Assembly: GCA_049724395.1 (NCBI GenBank)
Contig: JAUGWO010000025.1
Coordinates: 1-64,000, forward strand
DNA from: Spongospora subterranea f. sp. subterranea
Taxonomy: Eukaryota
Reading direction: 5' to 3'
DNA length: 64,000 nt
The notes under the pieces are model-generated. The model was not told where the DNA came from. It searched no databases and saw nothing but the letters and a program-made list of their open reading frames with translations. The translations under genes and the position numbers were made by a program. This document shows, piece by piece, positions 25,601 to 37,136 of this stretch; position 1 is the stretch's first letter, and the number at the start of each line of letters is the position of its first letter.

Positions 25601-28600
25601 ACAAACAAATCGGATTGCGGCGCGTTGGATGGGCTTTCGTGCATCTCCCCATACGCTCTTCAAGATGAGCTTGACGCTAGGCGAAGGATCGCTCAGGTTT
25701 GACGTTTGGCGAAACAACGAGGAAATATTTAATGTGTTTTCTTTCACAGGTCGTTCACACTTTACTTCCGTACGATTTTCTATCGCTCTTCCACCACGCG
25801 CTTCGCTGCTTGTCCAACGATGTCGACGCTCCATTCAGTTCGGTCGAACTATGCCGCCTCGAAGACGCGACCAACGTCGCACGTGACGCCGCCGACAGTC
25901 CCGATCTGCACCGGTTCGGTCTTTGCGCTGTGTCCCGCCCTGCCGGTCTTAACAACATCGGAATGGTCGGCTGGTTGTGCCGAATCTATTCCGGCGTCAA
26001 TCGTTGCATGCGTGACGTCGTCATCATCTCCAACGACATCACTTTCCAGGTTTTCCGATTCGTTTTCGCCCTAACACCACTCGCTGATCGATGGTCGTTC
26101 AGATTGGTAGTTTCGGTGTGGCCGAAGATGAATTGTTTCTGCGTTGCTCTCGATATGCGCGCCATTTCAGCATTCCTCGTGTTTACATCGCTTGTAATTC
26201 TGGTGCTCGGATTGGCCTGTCCCCTGAGATCGATGGACTCCTTAAGGTAATTTCTCAGCGCCGTCGTCACCTTCATCGTGCTCGGTTCTCAATCGTGATT
26301 TGCTCCAGGTCGACTGGATCGACCCGGACGATCATCGCAAGGGATTCAACTACCTGTATCTGGACGGGGAAGGCAACGAACGGTGCGGGGATACGGTCGC
26401 CACCAGGCTCGTGCTCAAGCAGCTGCCGGACGGCACATACGAGGATCATTATCGGCTGGAAGGCGTCATCGGGCGCGACCAGAGCATCGGCGTCGAGAAT
26501 TTGGCCGGAAGTGGCGCCATTGCCGGCGAAACCTCAGCCGCCTATAACGAGACGTTCACTCTGTCGTATTGTTCAACACGGTGAGTATCGCCATCCTGTT
26601 CGCCGCCCGTTCCCCGTTTGTTGTTCTAACCCCTGGTTGTTCTAGATCGGTTGGAATCGGGGCGTACCTGTTGCGCCTGGGGCAACGGGTGATCCAGAAA
26701 GCGGGTGGACTTGCTCCGATTATCTTGACAGGTGACGGGCGAATGGGATCCGTTGACGAATTGTTCGTCTGATTTCCACCTGTTTTATAGGGTTCGGTGC
26801 GTTGAATAAGATCCTCGGAAGCAATGTCTATAAGAGCAACCGACAGCTTGGCGGATCCGAACTTATGGCAGGTCCCTAAAACAAAACTCACTAGGTCGTT
26901 TCCCCAACACAATCTCATAATCGCTGTTGTTGTTTCAGGCAATGGAATTACTCATCAAATCGTATCGGACGGTAAATTCATATATATTGACAGCGCGTTA
27001 ATATCATTTCCATAACGTGTTCTGATCAATGGTATTTCTCAGATATGGAAGGTGTTCGTTGCATTCTTCAGTGGCTCGATTTCGTCCCGCTCGACATTAA
27101 ACAGGTCGTCCCTTGTTCTCTATCCGATTCCGTTGATCGCCCGTTGTCGTCGAACGTCGACTTCACGCTCGTGCCCTACGATCCCCGAATCCTACTGCGA
27201 GGCGATGGTCAATCGATCCCAGGACTGTTCGACCACGGCAGCTTTGTACGTCGTCTCGCAACCGCGATCGGGTGTAGCGCCAATATTCAGGACGTTGGTT
27301 TTCACAGGTCGAGACACTATCGGATTGGGCTCGTACATCGGTTTGTGGTCGTGCGCGTCTTGGTGGTATGGCGGTAGGTGTGATCGCCGTCGAGACTCGC
27401 TCGCAAAACAAAATCACGCCGCCCGATCCAGTATTACATCCTGCCGCCCTTCGTTCCGTGAACGCTTTCTCACGTGAATTGGTGTTCATAGGTATTGCCA
27501 GAATCGTGCCAATCGTCGCGCAGTCAGCCCGGATGCGTTCTATTCCCAGATAGCGCCTTCAAAATCGCCCAATGCCTGCGCGATTTCAACCAAGAAAACA
27601 TCCCGATTATCATCATGGTATTCATCACGTATCGTTCTTCGGCTCCTTCTCAATCTTGCGATTGCATCAGGCGAACTGGCGCGGGTTCAGTGGCGGCCAG
27701 CTCGATATGCACGACGAAGTGCTGAAATACGGCGCCATGATCGTCGACGCCCTACGCGAATGCCACGTGCCCGTGATTGTCTATCTGCCACCCGGATCGG
27801 AACTACGCGGCGGCGCCTGGGTTGTCGTCGACCGCAATGTCAATCGCAACTCCATGGAGATGTACGCCGATCCGACCTCGCGCGGCGGTGTCATGGAACC
27901 GACCGGCATCATTGACGTCAAGTTCCGATCCCCTAAGGTTCGTGTGTTCGATTGCGCGGCGCCGTTCCCTTGACTGAAAAACATCATTGCAGGTCGACGC
28001 ATTGGCGTGTCGTCTCAATCCGTCGCTGTTGAAAGATCGCCAACAAATGATATCGATGCGACCGGTCTACACGACTGTCGCCGAGAAATATGCCGCGCTT
28101 CACGACACGCCCCATCGAATGCTGGCGGTCAAAGCCATCAACGGCGTTATTCCCTGGCACGAATCGCGCCGATTCTTCTACTGGCGAATTCGTCGGCGTC
28201 TGCTGGAGAGTTCGCTGATTCGCGGAAGGTCCCGCGCGGTCTTGCTCGAAGCCGCCGGCCAAAACCAACAATCCAGCGACGACCTTCAGGATATCGACCT
28301 GTTGCGAATCGTGATTGAACGCGTCGCCGCAGCTGACGCCGCCGACGGATACCTCGATGTCGGCGAGGAGCGGTCCAACGAGGATGCGGTCGTGTGGTTG
28401 GAGAACAACGAAGACGCAATTCGGGAGAAGTTTCGACAAGCGACCGTCAGGGTCAACGTCCAGGCGCTGCTCGCTGAAATGGACGAATCCGAGCGATGTC
28501 TGTTAGCGTCGCAGCTGAATCCGGGCGGTTTCACCGACGACCTGATGGGATCCGCCGGTCTCTCCAGCAAAGTCAGCGACGACGAGGGCGGCGCCTCCGT

Positions 28601-28694
28601 CGCCGATCCCAAGTCGGCTGTGGAGTTCGCGAATCCGATCATCGCCGAAAAGACTCAAGAGCCCGTTCCCGCCGGGGAATCGTGCACTGTCTAG
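19653..28694 (+). CDS. ACC1: Multidomain (eukaryotic homomeric) acetyl-CoA carboxylase, >40 introns
   Basis: [62 protein letters not shown]. Biotin site EVMKM (~22902-22916). [42 protein letters not shown]. Stop TAG at 28694. Confidence 0.97.
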
Positions 28695-29081
28695 ATTTAT
28701 AATAGAATTATCATGTTCCGATTGTCGTTAAATTCGTGTCGTTCCCGAAACGCGTATTCGAATCGCGTCCCAAAGCCAAACAACCAATCATCGTAGTTTC
28801 AACGACCGATCTCAACGCCATTATCGTTTGAGTTCTTTTAGCGTTGATGTTTTCTACGTTTTCTCCGACACAATCGTTCCGGCGAACATCAATCTGGGCG
28901 TTTTCGTTGTTGTGTCAGTTTGGTGGACAGGTGTCAATCGATCGTTGTTCGTACGCGTCCTCAGGTTTTCGGCCTAATATTAGGTTGGGTCGATCGCGTG
29001 TCCTCAGAGAGACGACAGGTACAAAGGAACGTTTTGGCGTTTATCTAGCACAACAACACACACCGCATTCGGTTTTCGGGA

Positions 29082-32000
29082 ATGGGCGCCACGTGCTGTA
29101 AATCGGGGGCCGACGCCCAAGTTGAACCAACGGCGTCGGCCACGACAACATCGTCGCCCAAGCTGAGACTCAAGTAGGATGGTCGTTTACCCCCGGCGCC
29201 GCCAACAGCTCCCATAAATGGCGTTTGTGTCTCAGGCAGATGGCAACGGGGTCGTTCGCCACGATCGACGCCATCCCCGGTATCGAACTGTTCGACGAGT
29301 TCAGCCCCGAACAGGCCAAGAAGGTCAAGGACATGTTCCACCGCGTTGTACGTTCGTGATCGGTGTGTGTTGAATCGACCGAATCTGACCCGGTCTCCAG
29401 GTGTATTCGAAGGGCGAAACCATCGCCAAACAGGAGGCGGTTTTCAGCGGGAAAATATGGAATATTCATATTGATTAGTGGACAGGTGAAATTCCCATTG
29501 TTCTCTAGTTTGACACCGATCTTTGCGTCATCGACCTCATTTTCGGTCCTTTCCGTCGACGGGTTTTGCTGTGTCCGATCCCGGTTCACGAAGATATTGT
29601 GGTTCTGTGTCCCGAACAATATCACCCAATGGCGAACTGTGGTGTTCAGGTTCAGATATCGGCGTCGGACGGGTCCGGCTCCATCGTTCCGCTGAAGACG
29701 GTGTCGATGGGGCAATGGTTCAGTGTCGGTCTCGGCCCGGATGGCGTGTTCATGCCCGTCACGATCACCGCCATCACCGACGTCATCCTGTTGTGGCCCT
29801 CTCGCTCGTCCTCCGCCCTTCGCCATATCTCACCGCCGTTTGTTCCCAGACTCGGTTTGCCGATCGAAGACTCGAAGAAGTACCAGGATATGACGCCAGA
29901 ACTATCACTGACGATCAGGGCTGGGAAGATGGTGATTCCCTCGATATTCCCATCGTATCACACGATTCTCATTTGTCACCGACAGTCGGTTTCGTTGTCG
30001 AAAATTCCGTTTTTCGATGGAATTCCGTTGATGGCGCTTCATCAGTTAGCGGCGCTGTTCGAATATCGAACCTATAAAGTTGGTCCCGTGTTCATCGTGA
30101 TCCGTTTTGATGACGGGGGAGTTCAGGCCGATCGATATCTCTATCGGAAGGGCGACGCCGCTGATGGAATCTACATCATCGTATCAGGTCGACTCGCCCC
30201 ACCACCCCGTTGTCGTGTTTTTTCCCTCGAACCGATCCGTCGGAATTCACCGATCTGTTTCGCCATTGTGTTGCCGATCCCGAACCGGTCCTGACACGGT
30301 CTGTTGCTCTCTCTGGCAGGGACGGTGGCGATGGTCGCGACCAGGCCCGATGGGACCGATATCCTGCTGGGATTGATGAACCACCCCGACTACTTCGGGG
30401 AGCTGTGTCTGTCGGAGGCGCGCCCCTACACGAACAACACCGACCAGAAGAACCCATCGGAGTTCACGTTGAGGACTGTCGGGGCCCGAACCACATCCCC
30501 GACCCAATTACTGCATCTCTCCATCGACGACTTCCAAAAGTATTCGCCGCAAATCCGAACGCAAATTGTTTCGTTTTGTGTTCTTCGACACGGAGAACTG
30601 TTTCCGATCGGTGTTTCTGCCGAAGCCGAATATCTGATCTCGAACGTGGCAGATTTCTGTTGATCGCGCCGTATATCGTGACCAGTGACGCGTTCCGCGG
30701 CGCCCTGCAGAAACGCACGGCGTCGTCGCTGAAGGGGATCCCGTTCTTCTCCGGGTACGAGACCAAACAGGTTGGCCCGTTGCAGAAATACGACGAGGAG
30801 GGCCTGGCCATGTTGGGGGAGCTGTTCGTCTATGTGAACGTCGCCCCTGATCAAGTCATCTTCAAACAAGGTGGTCCAGGTACGTCGTGAAGTCGTCGGT
30901 TTTCAGCACGATTTTACCCCCGAGAAACGCTGTCGAAAATGGCGCAAAACCTCGGTTTTGTTGTTGGTCGTTTCGGGATCGTTGCGAGATCGGTTGGGAT
31001 TTGACGACGACGTTGTTTGGCGAAGGGGACGCGTTCTATCTGATCGTGAGCGGGACGGTCGCGATCACGTCGGAGGCGAACGAGGGCGGGTCGGCGATGA
31101 GGCTGGCCACCCTGGCCGAGAACGACTGGTTCGGCGAGATCAGCCTGATCATGGACACGAACCGGACGGCAACGGCCACGGCCATCGCCCCGTGCGTTCT
31201 CCTGAAACTGGCGCGAGACAAGTTCCAGCTCGCCATGGACCTGTCGCCGCATTTGTCGTCGCAAATACGGCAACGTCTGGTGGGTTTCCCGTCGCCGTCG
31301 TCTCTGCCCAATTTGATTCTCCGACAGCAAATTCGGACGGAAAATTGGCTGAGGAAGTTGCCGTTCTTCGCCGGAATTATCGAGAACAAACCGGTAAAGG
31401 ATGAACGAACGTGGAGCTCTGGTGACGATGTGTCTGAATTGTGGGTTTGGCGTTTGGTGAAAAACAGTGGTCGAAACTGGGGCTGTTGGGCAGTCAGTTC
31501 CGGTTCCGCGAGTACGTCGCCGGCGAGGTCGTCTGCAAGGAAGGCCAGCGCGACGACCGCTCCTTCTTCATCATCGTGTCCGGGTCCGTTCGCTGCACGA
31601 TCCTGGACGATGGGCAGCCCCGGGAGCTCGACGTTCTCCGCGACAACCAATGGTACAACGACGCAATCGCCCCCCTGGAACGCAACGCGCGCCGTGAACA
31701 ACGCTTTCGCAAAAAACGAATCGGTCGTCGATCAGGGAAAACACCCAACACTGATCGTGTGGTTGATTCAGGTTTGGTGAAATCGCATTGCTCAAAGATA
31801 CTCCTCGAACCGCCACGGCGACCTGTATTGAGGACACTCTGTTCCTATATCTGTCGTTGGAGTGTTTTGAGAAGTTCGTCGATCATTTGGTCGTCGTTCA
31901 CTGTCGTTGTCCGGAACCTGAACAAAACCTGTGTCGTGATCAGGTTCCTGGTGATCGCCCCCGAATTGCAGCAGACCATGACCTGCTTGATCGCGCACCG

Positions 32001-32968
32001 AACCACGAACACGCTCAAGATCTTCCCCATTCTCGACAACATCAAGGAGAACAAACCCGTTCGTCCCCCGAATCACGTCTCGACCGACACCACCGACTCT
32101 AAACCGTTCGATCCGTAGTGGTCGAAACTGGGGGTCTTGGCGTCGTTGATGAACTTCAAGTCGTACCCGCCCCAAACCGACATCATCACGCAATCCGATA
32201 CGGCGCGTCGTGTCTGTACTTCCTGGTCTCTGGAACGTGCCTAGTCCTGTACCAAGACCAGAACGGCAAACAGCACCAGCTCGAACAACTGACAGGTGGA
32301 ACATCGGTTGCTCTTGATCGACACCGAACACTGACACAATTGTCATGAGTTGCAAACTTCATCAGCCACGTTTGTTTGTTTTGTTGTTCTTGAGCAATGA
32401 ACCGACGTCGAACCCTGTTTGATGATGTGGAATTGGTGGCTTAGGCGGCCAGATCTTCGGGGAGATGGCACTGATTGACGTTCTCGATCCTGAAGCGGCG
32501 CCAAAACTCAGGTCGGCCACAGTTCGAACGCAAGACGATTGTACCATACGTCAGAGCTTTCACGTTTGTCATCGTTCGTTTGGGGGATTCAATCGTTATT
32601 TTGACTTGATCAGTGGAGTTATCGTCGGAATGTTTCAAGAAGTTCCTGGCGATGTCGCACGAAATCCTGCCCGACATCAGGCAGCTTTGCGACCTTCGCC
32701 AACAGCGGAATGACAAGGTCTCAGAGTTTCACGCGTGTTCCCTCGGTGCGGTCGATACTCAACCGCGTTTTGATTGGGGATATAGATGCTGAGCGACATC
32801 GCGTCTGCGGCTGCGACCGATCTCAACCCAGACTCCAAGATGTCGCTGATCGAACTGTCACCCCAAACCGTAACCAATCTTGAAATATCCAAGGACGATA
32901 TAGAACAGCAGGCGATTCAGGAGCAGGTTGATCTGGTGAAAACCTCTGAATACCCGTCGTCGCCGTAG
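29082..32968 (+). CDS. Protein with five tandem cyclic-nucleotide-binding domains and an N-terminal MGATCCK acylation motif
   Basis: Repeated 'IPFF...F..G..GD.FY.IVSG...FGE..L...RTAT' modules across spliced exons. No kinase, channel or GEF domain was seen. Confidence 0.85.
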
Positions 32969-33622
32969 TCGGATGTAATTAAACCAACAAAACCCATTCA
33001 TAGTCGCCGTCCGATTCAAGATTCTTTCAAACGATTTCGCCATTTTATTGTCATTTCGGCAGCTTTGTCTGTTTCCGCCTGATTGTTGGCTGCGATCAAC
33101 GCTGGCGAGGCATCTTGTTGACCAGATGTCCATGAATGCTGGTGATCTGTGGTCGCCATTCTCGAATATTAATGCGCTATGGGATAAGGAAACAGGTTTT
33201 ATGTACTGTTGGTCTTTGGTTTGGCCAACTGGGCGTTTTGCTGTATGATGACGTCTTTAAAGTACTACCATTAGTTGTGCATTGAAGGAAAAGACGATTT
33301 TAGTTTGGAAAAAACAGGAGGTTCAGAGGATGACGGTTCAATATGAGGTTCATCGTACATTGCCTCCCCGGATTCATCCCTTGTCGGCTAAACGATTGAA
33401 TTGCGCTTTAGCAAAAAGTCGTCTGTTATTCCGGGTGGGCGTGTTATTGTTGAAAGACGGGTCAGGCCCAGAAACTTCACGCTCTTCTTTGCCAATAAAG
33501 TGATCGATATTTGTGAAACAATATACTCCACATTTCCCAACTTGTTCGTCATGGACGTCATACAAGTATACTCCTACAATGATCTATATTTTCACTCGAT
33601 GTAATTCACCCAGGTTGTGGTT

Positions 33623-34583
33623 GATTTATTAGTCAGCGAAAAAACACCGGCCGAATACCGATCGAAACCATTCCTTGATAGATGGCCGAGCCTTTGGACC
33701 GCATGTCGGCTGAGGAGAAGGCAACTCTTGACCCGGGCTGATCTGGTTATCTTGATTCCCCGCAACCGCTTCAGCGCCAGCTTTCACCTTTGTCTCCCAT
33801 ACTGATATCGACGACGATTCATCCACTGTCGCCACCTGACAAAGTTTCCCATCTTCTCCAACCTTTTCGTACTGAACGCGGCGCCCGATCGTCTGAATGC
33901 GGACCAAGTCCTCAATGCAATGGACCCGCAAATCCATGTAGCAAAACCGGATTCAATAGCAGATGTGAAGATTTAACCGAATTTAGCCGATCATCTCCGT
34001 TTAGTTCGATCGGTCTCGGCGATTTGTTTTTTACGGTCTGTAGGCTTGAACATATGGCCGAGATCGATCGAGCCGAACGGCGATAATCGGTCAATTGCAG
34101 TTAAAATTTCACATCCGTTTTTGATTGCGGCATGTTTCATGAAAATTTATGGGTCGATTCCATTGAGGACCTGGCCCGATCTCAGACGATTTTGAGTTGC
34201 TTTCAATAAGCGAAAATGGGCAAGATGGGGAAGTTCGTCAGGTGGCGATAGTGGATGAATCGATATCAGGATGGGAGAAAGACGCGAAAGATGGCAGTGG
34301 ATGAATCGATATCAGGATGGGAGAAAGACGCGGAAGCTGGCAGTGGATGAATCGATATCAGGATGGGAGAAAGACGAAAAAGATGGCAGTGGATGAATCG
34401 ATATCAGGATGGGAGAAAGACGAGAAAGATGGCGCTAAAACGGTGGTTGACATCAATATAACCAGATGGGCCCTTGTCAAGAGTTGCCCACTTCTCAGTC
34501 ACATGCGATTCAAAGACTAGACGATTCATCAAGGAAAGGTTTCTGTTGGTATTCAGCCGATGCTTTTCCGTCTATAACGAATC
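33623..34583. repeat. Large imperfect palindrome (arms 33623-34023 and 34053-34583)
   Basis: For example GGCAACTCTTGAC/GTCAAGAGTTGCC and GTCCTCAATG/CATTGAGGAC, around a ~30-nt spacer. The right arm contains four ~41-bp tandem units (34251-34430). Confidence 0.85.
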
Positions 34584-34996
34584 GGTCAGACGAAGGGGCA
34601 GCACACGTCCAATCAATGCCTGTTTGGGTCATTTTACCAATACCTTCCAGAGAGAAATCGATATGGCTGCGTCGATAACCTGACTGCAGCAGGTCTCCGC
34701 AATCTCTATCCCGCGATCCTTCGAAGATTGTAATCTGCTCTTGAGCGTTATTGGCACCCGGTTCCCAGGAGCAGGCAATGAGAGGGACTGGTTCCCATGG
34801 TGGGGACGGAACGAAGAGACAACAATGGTCTGTGAAATCACAATCCACATTATAACAAAATAAACTCTCTCGATCCGATTTGTTATCGATCTGTCACAAA
34901 ACTCGTTACATATTCCTGTTTGGGCTGACTTAGCTGACTGCGGATATCTTGACTCTCAAGTGATTGTGTTACAAAGGAAAAACACATATGAAGTTG

Positions 34997-35062
34997 TTAC
35001 ATACGAGACATGCTTTTGTTACATACGAGACATGCTTTTGTTACATACGAGACATGCTTTTG
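34997..35062. repeat. Short tandem repeat (21-22 bp x3) with dispersed copies
   Basis: GTTACATACGAGACATGCTTT x3, with further copies near 35117 and 35183. Confidence 0.85.
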
Positions 35063-37136
35063 TCATGCTTTTGTTTGTGTTACGTTCAACTCACGAAGAC
35101 TCACACAATGGAATTCGTTACATACGAGACATGCTCTCATTGCGTTACAGCTCAGATCGCAAAGAGAAATACAGTCGAATTTGTTACACGCGAGACCTGC
35201 ACTGAGTATGTTACGGTCCCCGGTGTGCACTATCACATCATTGCGATACCCTGAATCCGTTGACGAGTGGGAAGGGGTCAGTCAGTGGTTGTGGTCATCA
35301 ATCGGCAGTGATCGGAAATATCGCACACAATATAAACCAAGCACCATGGATGAGATAGCCTTGGACCATCCTGCACGATCGACTGTTTGGCAAACTTCGG
35401 CCCAAGTGGCATCGTGTCAACGTTGTTGAGGACAAAAGCCATGATTATCAGGGAACGGAGCCAGCCTCTCAACCTGATCAAGAGAGCTTTTGGTGGACGA
35501 GATCAAGAGAGCGATGAACGCGTGAGCTGGATGACGTCGTATCATGAGGCAATATCATCGCTTCCAAGCCAGATTGGCAAGAAGTGGATGTGGGAAGGAA
35601 TTTTGACTAATGAGGAGTTGATATCAATCAAATGGCACAAATAGTGGACTTGAAGAAGAAATTTGATAACAGTCACATCGACACTTAACCAGGGGAAATC
35701 AAGGAACGATCGCCGATAAACGCGGATCGATCGACCGAAACTTTGGAGTTGGTTACATTCGATATTTACATATTGACAATAACACCAACACTGAAGATAT
35801 AATTATGTTATCGACGCGGATATTACAAATAGATATGCATAGGATTATGACGTAGAGTAACGCTTCTGGACGGCGGGATTGGCTTTCATCATTGGCCGAC
35901 TAGAGATAATACGGAGCCACTGGCTTTCACCATCATCCGGCTTCGAGATCATACGGAGCGCTTGGATTTCACCATTGCCCAGCTTTGAGATGATACGCCA
36001 TGTGAGACAGATCGGTCTGCACCATTCTCGAAATTAAAGGCTAGGGAAAACCGTTGTTGGCCAACTTGCGGTTGCTGCAGCAGGGAGTGGGGCGAACCCA
36101 TCGGAAGGCGGGAGTTGCGGCCAGAGCGATAGGCGAAAGTACCGCTTGGCTGGACCTGTCTTGCTAAAGCTGAAAGGATGCGAACTGATATGGTTTCTCG
36201 GTCGATGTGGTGGGACTGCCGAATTCAAAACCTGTTGAACGAGCAGGATTAGATTCGAAGCCCACTGGAGGTCTGATCAGAAGAGCAGAAACTAGAACAA
36301 ACCAAAGGGGCAATCGCATAATCATTGTTCGCATTGAAGGCAAACAGAGTCGATGGCCGTGAAGAAGCGAATAGTCAGCCGCTTGAGGGTGCAAAGGCCG
36401 AAGGAGCTGCTGAAGGTGAGTGTGAAAGAGAGGATCGGCGTTTGACGTGTGGGATGAATGACGAAGAAGTGCCATTGAGAGGAACGGTGCTTGAGGTAGG
36501 TAATGCTGGAGAAGAGGGGGTAAACAGAGGAGCAGCGTTAGGTTTCAGCTTGGTCGGCGATGCGCGCAAGCGTCGATTACGCCGCTGGTTTTGCTGGGAC
36601 CTCAGCCGGTCAACCTCCGTTCTAAAGCATGTCGATCCCATTCATAATCTGACTTTGCTGGGCGTTACGACTAAGCATCGCCTGTTCGAATCAAAGCGAC
36701 GGCCATTGACCATCTCGGAATCATGGTGCTAGTTGCGGAAGCGTTGTTGTCTGACGAGAGATGGTAGGGTGTGTGTGGACCCTTCAGCAGTTTCGGAAAA
36801 CAACATCATGAGCTCCAAATATTTTGTTCCCCGACGGAGATGACGAGCTGGCCCGGGCGATGGAAAACGTTTGCCTGATTTCTATACAATTCCTGTACAG
36901 ATTCCATTTCTGGCAATTCATTATAAAGGAAGGCGCTATTAGGAAAGTTGGGCAACTGAATTCATGAATGCTCTCTTGGAGGGCTGTGCAGTTATGAAGA
37001 TGCGCAAGAATATGAGGTAACATTTGAATTGTGAAAATTGGGAATTTGCAAGAGACTATCTCACTGTTCTAAACGCTACACACGTCGGCAAAACAGTAAT
37101 CGGTTTTGCAAAGAGTGACTAAAAAAACTATATATA

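Noticed and set aside
27984..32355. Long antisense ORFs over ACC and the cNMP gene
   Set aside because: These are expected shadows of GC-rich coding sequence and carry no motifs.
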